Assembly (NCBI GenBank): GCA_963737655.1
Contig: CAVTTN010000002.1
Location: forward strand, 4,224,001-4,288,000
DNA: 64,000 bases
Direction of reading: 5' to 3'
Source: an uncultured Planctomycetota bacterium
GTDB lineage: Bacteria; Planctomycetota; Planctomycetia; Isosphaerales; Isosphaeraceae
The notes under the pieces are model-generated. The model saw only the letters and a list, made by a program, of their open reading frames with translations. It was not told the DNA's origin and made no database searches. The translations under genes and the position numbers were made by a program. Shown here piece after piece: positions 9,032-18,881 of the stretch (positions within the stretch are counted from its first letter, which is position 1; each line of letters begins with the position of its first letter).

Positions 9032-10566
9032 GGCCGAGACACCATCGGCCGCCCCTTCCGGGCCCGGAGGTTCAGGTCCCGGGCGATCTTCTCGGCCGCG
9101 AGCTTGCCGCTCTGGACGACCATCGGCAATCCCGCGCCGGGCTGGACGCCTCCCCCCGCGAAATACAGGCCCGGGACGTCCGCCCGGTAGTTCAGGGGGC
9201 GGAAGCTGCCGCCGAGGACGTTGTGCGCATTGCCGAGACCATAGATCGATCCGAGGAAGGCGTGGAAGCGGTCGCGGAAGTCGCTCGGCCCGAAGACCGA
9301 CCGCGAGACGATCGCCGACCCGAGGCCGGGCAGGCCGGCTTCCTCCAATCGGGCGATCAACTGGTCGGCATATCGGCGCTCGAAGTCGCGATCGGGCCCG
9401 CTCCCGGGCCTCATCGGCGGGGCCCCGACGACGATGAAGGGGTTCGAGCCCCCGGGGGGGGCGTCGCCCGGGTCGGTCTCGCTCGTGGCGTTCACGTAGA
9501 TCGGCGGGTCGCTGGGGAACTCCCCTCGGGTGAAGAGTTCGTCATAGACTCGCTCCGAACCTTTGGTCAGGACCAGGATATGATGGGCCAGGGCGTCCCA
9601 CGACCGATCGCAGCCGAGCTGGATCGTGAAGAACGAGCCCGAGGGCTGGGCGTGGCCGTCGCGGAGGGCCTGGACCTCCCCGGAAAACCCGGCGCCCCCG
9701 CGGAGCATCCGGTGGGTGTGGACATAATCGCTGTTGGAGACGACCGCGTCGGCCGCGATCCAGCCCGAGGACGTCGCCACGCCGACGACCCGGCCCGAGG
9801 CGTCGAGCTCGATCGTCTCGACCTCCTCGTTCGTGCGGATCTCGACCCCGACGTCGCGGCACGCGGCGGCGATCCCCCTGGGAATCGCGGCGATCCCTCC
9901 GATTTTCGGATACCAGACGCCTTCGCGGATGATCGTCCAGGGGATGATCGCGAGCGAGGCGGGCGCGGTCTTCGGGTCGAACCCGGAATAGGTGGGGAAG
10001 CCGTACAGGAGCTCGCGGATCGCCGGGGATCGGAAGTGGCGGTCGATCTCGGTCGCGTAGGTCTGGGCCGGGGAGACCACGGCCGCCGAGAGCATCAGCG
10101 GCGAGAACAGGACCTGCGGCCAGGTCTCCAGGATGCGGTCGCAGAAGGCGTGGCCGATCAGCCCGGCGAAGCGGTCCATCCTCGCCAGGAACTTGCCCAG
10201 GCCGTCGCCGTCGCGAGGGTCGATGGCGGCGAAGGCGTCGCGGAGGCCCTCCTCGGAGGCGGGGATATCGAGCGATCGGCCGTCGGTCAACACGACCCGG
10301 AACGCCGGGTCCAGCCTCTTCAAAGGGAGATAGGCGTCGGGGTCCAGCCCCGACGCCTCGAACAGGGTCGTGTAGACCCAGGGCATGACGACGATCGACG
10401 GCCCCTCGTCCCACCGCCAGCCGAGCTCCCGGCGTTCGCTGGCCTTGCCGCCGACCTCGGCGAGGCGTTCGAGGAGGATGACGTCCGCGCCTCGTCGCGT
10501 CGCTTCGAGGGCCGCGGACAGCCCTCCCACCCCTCCGCCGATCACGACGATCTTCGACCGAGCCAT
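9028..10566 (-). CDS. phytoene desaturase family protein (CrtI/CrtN/CrtP-like)
   Basis: VIGGGVGGL FAD motif, WDEGPSIV, GVWYP.GG, GSIYG, LYFAGGGVQPGAGLPMV..SG. Confidence 0.9.
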   Translation of the reverse strand: MARSKIVVIGGGVGGLSAALEATRRGADVILLERLAEVGGKASERRELGWRWDEGPSIVVMPWVYTTLFEASGLDPDAYLPLKRLDPAFRVVLTDGRSLDIPASEEGLRDAFAAIDPRDGDGLGKFLARMDRFAGLIGHAFCDRILETWPQVLFSPLMLSAAVVSPAQTYATEIDRHFRSPAIRELLYGFPTYSGFDPKTAPASLAIIPWTIIREGVWYPKIGGIAAIPRGIAAACRDVGVEIRTNEEVETIELDASGRVVGVATSSGWIAADAVVSNSDYVHTHRMLRGGAGFSGEVQALRDGHAQPSGSFFTIQLGCDRSWDALAHHILVLTKGSERVYDELFTRGEFPSDPPIYVNATSETDPGDAPPGGSNPFIVVGAPPMRPGSGPDRDFERRYADQLIARLEEAGLPGLGSAIVSRSVFGPSDFRDRFHAFLGSIYGLGNAHNVLGGSFRPLNYRADVPGLYFAGGGVQPGAGLPMVVQSGKLAAEKIARDLNLRARKGRPMVSRP

Positions 10567-10685
10567 GACTCACCCTCTTCGGGACGATCGGCCCCGGAGG
10601 GGCCATCGCCTCAGTGTAGGCGAGGCGGACAGGTCCGGCCATCGCCCGACCGCCCGGCTCGGGGCCGATCCGTCCCCGGGGGCGC

Positions 10686-11657
10686 TCATTGCGACCATTC
10701 GGTCGGCACGCGGTCCCACCGATGGGCCTTGAGCGTCTCCATCAGCGACGGGTCGAGCGGCGGGGCCCCGCTCGCGGCGATGTTCGCCTCGACGTTCTTC
10801 TTCTTCCTCATGCCGGGGATGATCGTCGAGACGGTCGGCTCGGCCAGGATCCAGCGGAGGGCCAGTTCGGGCATGGTCATGCCCCGGGGCACGACGGGGC
10901 GGAGCCTCTCGGCGTGCTCGACGCTCTCCCGGAGGTTCTTCGGGTTGAAATAGCCGCTCCGCCAGTCCTCGGCGGGCCAGGTGGAGTCGAGCGAGAGCGT
11001 CCCGGTGAGCGTCCCCTCATCGAAGGGCACTCGCGCGATCACGGCGATGTTCAATTCCCGGCAGAACGGGAACAGCATGTCCTGAGGGGCCTGGTCGAAG
11101 ATGTTGTAGATGACCTGGACGGCGTCGATCAGGCCCGTCTTGAGGGTTTCGACGCCGTTCTCTGGCTCCCATCGATTCACGCTGATGCCCACGGCCTTCA
11201 CGAGCCCTTGCGCCTTCAGGTCGTCCATCGCCCTCTGCCAGCGGCGATCGTCCGTCCAGGTGTCTTCCCAGACGTGGAATTGAAGGAGGTCGATGTGGGG
11301 GAGGCCGAGGTTCTCGAGGCTTTTCTCGGCGTACTCGCGGATGTGGTCGGGCGGGAAGCATTCGTCGAGCGTGTAGCCCCGTCTCGACGGCCACTTGAAG
11401 TTCTTCGGGGGGATCTTGGTGGCGACGTAGAGGGTCTTGCCGGGATGCTCGCGGACGATCCGGCCGAGGATCTGCTCGCTCTTGCCGGCCGCGTAGCCCC
11501 AGGCGGTGTCGAAGAAGTTGCAGCCGAGCTCGATCGAGCGGCGGAGGCTCTCGAGCGACTCGTGATCCTCGGAGCCGGTCCAGCCGGCGAGGCCCCACAT
11601 CCCGTAGCCGATCTCGGAGACCTGCCAGCCGGTCCGGCCGAATGTTCGGTAGTTCAT
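10686..11657 (-). CDS. aldo/keto reductase
   Basis: MNYRTFGRTGWQVSEIGYG, FFDTAWGY, ATKIPP, IDLLQFH. Confidence 0.93.
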   Translation of the reverse strand: MNYRTFGRTGWQVSEIGYGMWGLAGWTGSEDHESLESLRRSIELGCNFFDTAWGYAAGKSEQILGRIVREHPGKTLYVATKIPPKNFKWPSRRGYTLDECFPPDHIREYAEKSLENLGLPHIDLLQFHVWEDTWTDDRRWQRAMDDLKAQGLVKAVGISVNRWEPENGVETLKTGLIDAVQVIYNIFDQAPQDMLFPFCRELNIAVIARVPFDEGTLTGTLSLDSTWPAEDWRSGYFNPKNLRESVEHAERLRPVVPRGMTMPELALRWILAEPTVSTIIPGMRKKKNVEANIAASGAPPLDPSLMETLKAHRWDRVPTEWSQ

Positions 11658-12613
11658 GAACCTTCTCCCATGAGATCGCCGGGAAGGACGGGATGCCCCT
11701 TGAGGAATTCCGAGGCCGGCATCGCCTTCTTGCCCGGCACCTGGACCGTCACGAGCCGGATCGCCCCGTCGCCCGCCGCGACGATCAGGCCGTCGCGCCC
11801 GGCCGAGGTCACCGATCCCGGCGCCCCCTGCCCTTCGACCACGGCCGTCTCGTGGACGATCAGCCGGACCGGGGACCTCCCGGCTTCCGAGGGGTGCCAG
11901 AGCGTCGAGGCGATCGGCCAGGGCCTCAGGGCGCGGACATGGTCGTGGACCGCCCTCGCCGTCTTCGACCAATCGATGGCCGAATCCTCCTTGCGGAGCT
12001 TCGGGGCCCGGGTGACCTTCGCCCGGTCCTGGGGGAGGATGGTCGCCGAGCCGGCCTCGATGGCGTCGAGGCTCTCCAGGATCAGGGGGGCGCCGATCTC
12101 GGCCAGGCGGCCTTCGAGCTCGCCGGAGGTCTCGTCGGGGCCGATCGGGGTCCGGGCGAAGGCGATCATCCCCCCGGCGTCGATCCGGGGGGTCATGCGG
12201 ATCACGGTCACGCCGGTCTCGGTGCGTCCGTCCTGGATCGCGCGGGCCACGGGGGCGGCGCCTCGATACGAGGGAAGGATCGACCCATGCAGATTGATCC
12301 CGCCGAGCCGGGCGGCCCCGAGCAGGTCTGCCGAGAGGATCTGGCCGTACGCGGCCGTGACGAGCAGGTCGGCCCCGAGAGCGCGGATGGCGTCGAGGGC
12401 CTCCCCGGCATTCACGTCCTCGGGCTGGAGGACGGCGACGCCCCGCTCGATCGCCGCGAGCTTGATCCGGCTCGGGATGAGCTCCTGCTTGCGCCCCTGG
12501 GGCCGATCGGGCTGGGTCACCAGAGCCAGCACCGGGTGCGCGGAACCGCAGAGCCGCAGGAAGGTCGGCAGGGCGAAATCGCCGGTCCCGAGCATCACCA
12601 AGCGCAGGGGCAT
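11654..12613 (-). CDS. fmt: methionyl-tRNA formyltransferase
   Basis: VTQPDRPQGR, AAYGQIL, INLHGSILPSYRGAAP, IDAG; adjacent to def. Confidence 0.96.
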   Translation of the reverse strand: MPLRLVMLGTGDFALPTFLRLCGSAHPVLALVTQPDRPQGRKQELIPSRIKLAAIERGVAVLQPEDVNAGEALDAIRALGADLLVTAAYGQILSADLLGAARLGGINLHGSILPSYRGAAPVARAIQDGRTETGVTVIRMTPRIDAGGMIAFARTPIGPDETSGELEGRLAEIGAPLILESLDAIEAGSATILPQDRAKVTRAPKLRKEDSAIDWSKTARAVHDHVRALRPWPIASTLWHPSEAGRSPVRLIVHETAVVEGQGAPGSVTSAGRDGLIVAAGDGAIRLVTVQVPGKKAMPASEFLKGHPVLPGDLMGEGS

Positions 12614-12620
12614 GTCGGCC

Positions 12621-13238
12621 TCATCCCTGGTCATCCGGCCTCGATCGCGGTTCGTCGGCGTCGAGGAACTCATCGAGCCTCTTCAGGATTTCCGAATCGC
12701 TGGGCCATTCGCCGGCGGCCTGGGCGCGGCGGAACTCGGCCTCGAACTGGCGGACCCTGGGCTCGACCTTCTCGCGGACGTCCGGCGCCAGGCGATCGAT
12801 GAACAGATCGCCGTTCACGTGATCGGTCTCGTGCTGGACGGCCCGGCTGAAGAGGTCGTGGGCCTCGAGGTCGATCGGCTGGCCTTCGAGGTTGAACGCC
12901 TGGATCTTGACCTTGCGGGCCCTCTGGACGTTCGCATACAGGCCCGGGAAGCTCAGGCAGCCTTCCTCGCCTTCGATCGAGCCGTGCCTCTTGACGATCT
13001 CGGGGTTGAGGAAGACCTGCTCCTGGTCGGGCTGGTTCGGGTCGGCGGTGAGGTTCAGGACGAAGAACCGCATCGGCAGGCCGACCTGGTTCGCGGCCAG
13101 CCCGATCCCCTTGGCCTCGTACATGAGGTCGAACATCTGCCGGGCCCAGCCTCGCAGGTTTGCATCGATGCGTTCGACCGGACGGGACCGATAGCGGAGC
13201 GCGGGGTGGGCATAGGTCACGATCTTCAGCGGACTCAC
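12621..13238 (-). CDS. def: peptide deformylase
   Basis: GIGLAANQ, EGCLS and QHETDH motifs. Confidence 0.97.
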   Translation of the reverse strand: MSPLKIVTYAHPALRYRSRPVERIDANLRGWARQMFDLMYEAKGIGLAANQVGLPMRFFVLNLTADPNQPDQEQVFLNPEIVKRHGSIEGEEGCLSFPGLYANVQRARKVKIQAFNLEGQPIDLEAHDLFSRAVQHETDHVNGDLFIDRLAPDVREKVEPRVRQFEAEFRRAQAAGEWPSDSEILKRLDEFLDADEPRSRPDDQG

Positions 13239-13283
13239 TCGGGACGCTCCTCAGCACGATTTCCGACGGAGGGGGAAGCCGCG

Positions 13284-13313
13284 ATTATAGAGGAGCGGGC
13301 GAGGGGCCGCCAA
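13284..13313 (-). promoter_or_regulatory. putative sigma70 promoter for def-fmt-AKR (TTGGCG-N18-TATAAT)
   Basis: Perfect TATAAT ~45 bp upstream of the def start codon. Confidence 0.5.
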
Positions 13314-13336
13314 GAGACCGGGCGGCCGAGGATCTC

Positions 13337-14479
13337 TCACTTCACCGTCTTCCGCGAGCGGCGTCCCCCGAGGAAGCTGTCGAAGACGTACTTGCCGAGG
13401 TCGTCCGAGGAGCAGTACGCCGCGACGCCCTGCGAGACCCTCGCCATCTCCTCGACGAAGTTGACCAGGCCGAGATAGAAGTAATCCTCGATCAGGGCGA
13501 AGCTGGAGACGCGGATGCCGGCCTGGGCGCACCGCCTGACCTCGGCCAGGGTGTGCTGGGCGGTCTTCTCCGACGGCGGGTAGATCAGGACGACTTCCCG
13601 GCCCTCGATGTGCGCGGTGGGCTCGCCGTCGGTGATCACGATGACCTGCTTGTTCGCCGCGCCGGACCTCGTCAGGAGGCTGCGGGCCAGCCTCAGCCCC
13701 GCGTGGATGTTCGTGAAGTGCTGGGGGACTCGCTTCGGGGGGTTGTCCAGGTCGAACCGGAGGAAGACCTTGCTGTCATAGAGGCTCACCGGCTTCGGCG
13801 CCGAATTGAGCAGCTGGCGCTCGGTCATCACGTTCGCATACGTGTAGAAGCCGACCATCTGGAGGGTGTCTTGCGCGTACTGGGCCTTGACCATCGCCTG
13901 GAGGGCCAGGGCGACTTTCTTGGTCATGTAATACTTGCCGTATCGGTTCATCGAGCCGCTCATGTCGATCAGGACGACGGTGTGGCAGCTCGCCTGGTAC
14001 TCGGTCTCATGGACGACATAATCATCCTGGCGGAGGCGGATCGGCGTGCCCCCGCCCTGGCGGACCATCGCGTTCTTGAGCGTCTCGTGGAGGTTCAGGT
14101 TGCTCAGGGGGTCGCCGTAGACGTAGGGTTTCGAGTCTTCCAACCGGATCGAGCCCCCGCCCTTCTGAGGGGTCTCGTGCTTGCCGACGGAGTCCCTCCG
14201 GAAGGTCTGGAACAGGTCGGTCAGGGCGTTTTCCTGGATCCGCCGGAGGCCCTTGGGCGCGACGACGAACTTGCCCTCGCCGTCCTCCTCGATGTAGCCC
14301 TCCTCCTGGAGCTTCTTGAGGAGGTCGGGCTGGTCGTCCTCGTCGAAGTCGTCGAGCTGCCTGAGGACCTGGTCGCCGTACTGGAGGAGGTACTCGGCCA
14401 GCTGGTCGAACGCCTTGTCGGCGGACTGGGGCTGGAACTCCTGAGAGCCGTCCCATTCGCTGTATTCGAAGAGGGGCAT
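13337..14479 (-). CDS. VWA domain protein, probable partner of the Mg-chelatase-like AAA+ ATPase
   Basis: YSEWDGSQ N-terminus, LIDMSGSM MIDAS, TNIHAGL, VITDGEPTAH. Confidence 0.88.
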   Translation of the reverse strand: MPLFEYSEWDGSQEFQPQSADKAFDQLAEYLLQYGDQVLRQLDDFDEDDQPDLLKKLQEEGYIEEDGEGKFVVAPKGLRRIQENALTDLFQTFRRDSVGKHETPQKGGGSIRLEDSKPYVYGDPLSNLNLHETLKNAMVRQGGGTPIRLRQDDYVVHETEYQASCHTVVLIDMSGSMNRYGKYYMTKKVALALQAMVKAQYAQDTLQMVGFYTYANVMTERQLLNSAPKPVSLYDSKVFLRFDLDNPPKRVPQHFTNIHAGLRLARSLLTRSGAANKQVIVITDGEPTAHIEGREVVLIYPPSEKTAQHTLAEVRRCAQAGIRVSSFALIEDYFYLGLVNFVEEMARVSQGVAAYCSSDDLGKYVFDSFLGGRRSRKTVK

Positions 14480-14494
14480 GAAGGCATCCCTGGA

Positions 14495-14896
14495 TTAGCG
14501 GTTGAAGAGGATCGGGCAGATGGCCAGGGGCACGAGGGGCTCGAATTCCTTGCGGTCGGCGGTGACCACGGTCCCGCCGACCTCCTGGGCGAGGGCAACG
14601 CACGCGCAGTCGGCCAGAGAGAGCCGGGCCCCGGCCTTCAGGCGCCCCATCCTCTCCCAGAACGGGCGAGACAGGTCGGACCGCGGGGCGATCCCGAGCG
14701 CCTCCAGGTCGTCCACCGCCTGGACGGCTCTCGCCTCATCGAATCGACGCGCGAGGTCATAATACACCTCGCAATAGTTCAGCGAATGGGCGCAGCACCG
14801 GGCCGAAGGGTCGGGGAGGAACCGTTCCACGATCGATGAACCGGCCTCGTTCATGAGGAAGGCGATCATCGCGCAGGCATCGAGGACGAACGTCAT
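14495..14896 (-). CDS. vapC: PIN-domain toxin, VapC family
   Basis: FVLDACAMIAFL..E, NYCEVYY, LSLADCAC, VVTADRKEF. Confidence 0.9.
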   Translation of the reverse strand: MTFVLDACAMIAFLMNEAGSSIVERFLPDPSARCCAHSLNYCEVYYDLARRFDEARAVQAVDDLEALGIAPRSDLSRPFWERMGRLKAGARLSLADCACVALAQEVGGTVVTADRKEFEPLVPLAICPILFNR

Positions 14897-15402
14897 CTCC
14901 GAGGCCTCTCTTCCAGTCGCTTCTCGTCCTCTTTCCTCGCCGCGAACCCCTCGGAACTCCAATCCAGGCCCGCGTACCTCGCCCGGATGGCGTGCATCCT
15001 CTCCAGCATCGTCGTAGGCGGCGGAGGCGAATCGACCCGGGCCGGCGAGGGCCCGACGACCCTCTCTCCCCAGGACCCAAGGACCCTCTCCGGAGAGGTC
15101 GCGACCCCTCCCCCGTCCTCGTTACCAGCCACGAACGTGCCGCGAGCCTCGCCCGCCGTTCCCTTCCCCGAGCACAGCGCGAGCAGGATCGTGAAGGCGC
15201 GTCGCACGAGGCCCGGGTCGAGTTCGCGGGCCGCGAGCGCCTCCCTCGCCGCGGCCCCGAACGCGTTCTCGCCCTCGTCGGAGAGGCCCTGGGCGAGCAT
15301 CAGGAGGAGGGTCGAGAGCTGGGAGGGCGACAGGCCCCGACGGCTGGCCTCGGCCGCGAGCCCATCTTCCAACGGCGGAGGCAAGTCGATGGAGACGGAC
15401 AT
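14893..15402 (-). CDS. putative antitoxin (RHH-like N-terminus, unusually long)
   Basis: MSVSIDLPPPLEDGLAAEASRRGLS; C-terminal SSEGFAARKEDEKRLEE; ATGA overlap with vapC. Confidence 0.6.
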   Translation of the reverse strand: MSVSIDLPPPLEDGLAAEASRRGLSPSQLSTLLLMLAQGLSDEGENAFGAAAREALAARELDPGLVRRAFTILLALCSGKGTAGEARGTFVAGNEDGGGVATSPERVLGSWGERVVGPSPARVDSPPPPTTMLERMHAIRARYAGLDWSSEGFAARKEDEKRLEERPRR

Positions 15403-15449
15403 CGGAGAGCTCCTGTCCCGGGCCTGGCCCGGCGGGCGGCCGTCGAAGC

Positions 15450-16875
15450 TCACCGCCGGTAGGCCGTCGCCCCGGACTTCGTGGTCTTGTTCAATTTGTT
15501 GTTGACGTGCAGACCTTCGAGGATGAACTCGGCCGCGGCGGCCGTGGCGGCGTCCCTCGCGGCGGGTTCGGTCAGCTCGGGCTGGACGAGCTTGCCGAAC
15601 TCCTCGGCCTTCTTTCGCAGGAGCGGGATCCGCTCGATCCGGGAGAGGACCTCGGCCACCGAGAGCGTGTCGCCGACCTCGATCCCCTTGCCCCCTTCGA
15701 AGAAATCGACGACCGGGCGGAACTCCTTGGCGTCGAAGTGGACGGCAAAGATGTTCTTCACCGCCTCGGCCACGATCCGCTCGACCAGCTTGTCTTCCTG
15801 GCCGTCGTCCTCGGTCATCGTCAGCTCGAGCTTCCCCCGGGCGCGGCGCGAGGTGGGCGAGGTCCGAGACCCTGGGGATGATCCAGTCCTCGCCGTTGAG
15901 CAACGCCCGCCGTTCGGCGTTGGAGACGACGTTCTCGAGGTTGGCGATCGACATCCGCACCGACACGCCCGATTGCTGGTTGATGTGCGAGCTGGTCCGG
16001 GCCAGGCGGGAGGTCTCCTCGACCACTTCCTTCACGTAGAACGGCACGGCCAGGCGGCCCCCGTCTCGCTGGAGCCAGGCGTTCTGGTCGCTGATCTGGA
16101 TGCCGAGCTCTCGCGTGAGCGGGTAGTGCGTGCGGATCGTCGAGCCGATCCGGTCCTTCAGGGGCGTGACGATCCGGCCGCGATTGGTGTAGTCCTCGGG
16201 ATTCGCGGAGAAGACCAGCGCCAGGTCGAGGTTGAGCCTCACGGGGAAGCCCCGGATCTGCACGTCCCGCTCCTCCAGGACGTTGAACAGGCCGACCTGG
16301 ATCTTGGGGGAGAGGTCGGGCAATTCGTTGATGCAGAAGATCCCGCGATTGGCCCGGGGGATCAGGCCGAAGTGCATCGTCAGCTCGCTGGAAAGATAGC
16401 GGCCTTCGGCATGCTTGATCATGTCGATTTCGCCGATCAGGTCGGCGATGGTCACGTCGGGCGTGGCGAGCTTCTCGTGGTATCGCTGGTCGCGGCCGAC
16501 CCAGGCGATGGGCGTGGAGTCGCCCAGATCGGCGATCTTGTCCCGGGCTTCCCTGGAGATCGGGGCATAGGGATGGTCGTTGACCTCCGAGCCCTCGACG
16601 ATCGGCATGGCGTCGTCCAGGAGGTGGACGAGCTGGCGGAGCATCCTCGTCTTGGCCTGGCCCCGGAGGCCGAGGAAGAGGATGTCGTGCTTGGAGAGGA
16701 TGGCGTTCTGGACCTGGGGGATCACGGTCTCTTCGTAGCCGAGGATCTCGGGGAAGAGCGGCTCCCGGGCGCGGACCTTGCGGACGAGGTTCCGCCGCAG
16801 CTCGTCCTTGACCGACTCCATCCGATATCCGCTGGCCTTCAGCTCGCCCAGGGTCCGGGGTCGCTCCGTCGCCAT
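15450..16875 (-). CDS. Mg-chelatase/MoxR-like AAA+ ATPase (one frameshift near 15845)
   Basis: GLRGQAKT Walker A, INELPDL, SANPEDYTNRGRIVTPLKDR; C-terminus continues in ORF 15450..15818. Confidence 0.88.
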
Positions 16876-17051
16876 GAGATGCTCAGCTCCGGTGAGGGGA
16901 AGGGCGCGGCCCGAACGGAGGGCGTTCGATCGGACGGGGCCGCCGGACGCGAGCGGGATCGGCGCGCGAGGAATCGCGGCGCGCCGGCCCGTGTCCACAC
17001 GATCATGGTAGGCCGGGGGTCAAGGCGGCGTCAACGCGTCGCGAGGGGCCG

Positions 17052-18745
17052 TCAGTCGCGGACGGTGGGCGTCCCGGAGTCGAGGGCCGAGTCGGCGAGG
17101 TCCGCGCCCCCGGGCCGGATCACGGCGAGGCGGAGGGACTCGGTCCGTCCCTTGTTGAGGTGGAAGCCCTGGATCTCGCCCCGGACCTCGATCTCCAGGC
17201 GGCTGTCGGCCCGGAGCTTCGTCAGCTCCATCGGGGAGAGGGCGGTGACGATCGAGCCTTCGCGGCGGAGGACTTCCAGGAGCCAGCGGCGGTCCCTCAT
17301 CACGGGCGCGGGGCGGCCGAAGGCGTAGATCAGGCTGGGCTCCTGATACGTGGCGAGGATCGCCATGCCCTTGACGCGACCGGCGGCGTCGGTCAGCTCA
17401 CGGGCCACCTTCTGCGGCAGGCGATAGGGCTCGGCCGAGGGGATCAGCCAGGACGCGGCCAGGAACAGCGTGACGCCCCAGGTCGTGACCAGCGCCAGGG
17501 CGCTCTCTCGGTCTTCCCGCCGTGGAGGGCGTCGATCGCGATCAGCGTCCCGACCCCCACGACGACCGCCATCAGGAGGCTCGGCCATCGCATCGGACCG
17601 GGCAAGACGATCGTCGCGCCGAGGAGAGCGACGGTCACCCCGATGCCGATCCCCGCCAGGAGGCCCATCGCCAGCCGGCCCAGGGGCCATCGGCGGAGGG
17701 CCCGATCGTCCTTCGAGATCGCTTCGACGAGCCAGGCGACGGCCAGGGCGCACGCCGGGATCGACGGCAAATAGTAGTGGACCAGCTTCGTCTTGACGCA
17801 TTCGAGGAGGATCAACGGGCCGACGATCCAGCCCATCAGGAAACCGAACGCCGGGTCGGTCCGCCTCCGGGTCCAGGCGGCGACCATCGCCGCGGGGAGG
17901 AGGGCCGACCAGGGGTAGAACGTCAGGAGCCCGGTGGCCGGGTAATAGCCCGGGAATCCGCCGTGCTCCTCCATCCCGGTGGCGACCCGTCGGAGGATCT
18001 GGCCGCCGACGGCCACCCGGAAGAACTCGCCGCGGGTCACCACGCCGATCGCCACGTACCACGGCAGGGCGATCACGCAGAAGACGGCCAGGCCCCACCG
18101 CCATCGGAGCCGCCGATAGCACGCGCCCGGCCCGCCCCACCACCAGCCCAGGGCCCCCGAGAGGGCCACCAGGGCCGGCCCCACCGGGCCCTTGGTCAGG
18201 CAGGCCAGGCCCATCAGGGCCCAGAAGGCCATCGCCACGGCGAACGAGTCGCGACGGTTCAGCTCCCAGAGCGCGAACAGGGCCGAGACCAGGAACAGGG
18301 CGAGCGTGGCGTCGGTCGTCGCGAGCTTGGACTCGATGAACATCAAGGGGGACGTGGCCAGGATCAGCGCCGCGAGCCGCCCTCCCCTCGGGCCGATCAT
18401 CCGCGAGCCGAAGCCCCAGACCAACAGGCAGGTGAGCGTCCCGGCCAGGGCCGAGACGAGCCTCGCGCCGAACGGGTTGTCGCCGCCCAGGGCCGTCCCT
18501 CCGAGCATCAGCCAGTAGATCAGGACGGGCTTCTGGAACCGGGGCTCGCCGTTGAACGTGGGGAGGACGTAATCCCCCCTCTGGCGCATCTCCCGGGTGC
18601 ACTGGGCGTATCGCGGCTCGTCCCGGTCCCAAAGACTGGTCCGGCCGTTGCCGGCGAGGTTCAGGGTCAGGGCCAGGGCGGCGATGCCCAGGGCCTCGAC
18701 GATCCATCGGCCCCGTCGCGGGGAATCGGGGGCGGATTCGGGCAC
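17052..18745 (-). CDS. ArnT/PMT-family (GT39/83) membrane glycosyltransferase (frameshift near 17500)
   Basis: LWDRDEPRYAQ..REM, FNGEPRFQKPVLIYW, LTKGP, TKLVHYYLP; GTG at 18745 has a GGAGG RBS, alternative start 18883. Confidence 0.88.
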
Positions 18746-18821
18746 GGGCACCCTCCCTGGAAGCCTCGCCGACCCTCCCGAGGCCGGGTTCTCTCTCGTA
18801 CTGATCGGTTCGGCGCGGGAG

Positions 18822-18827
18822 TATAAT
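18822..18827 (+). promoter_or_regulatory. putative -10 element (TATAAT)
   Basis: Perfect hexamer ~55 bp upstream of ATG 18882. Confidence 0.4.
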
Positions 18828-18881
18828 CCACCCTTCCATTTTCCGAGAGTCCGATTTCCGCCCGATCCGAGCGCGAGTTCC

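Noticed and set aside
14893..16998. 701-aa ATPase-antitoxin fusion in the ORF track
   Set aside because: Caused by the frameshift near 15845; the true ATPase C-terminus is in ORF 15450..15818 and the antitoxin has its own ATG at 15402
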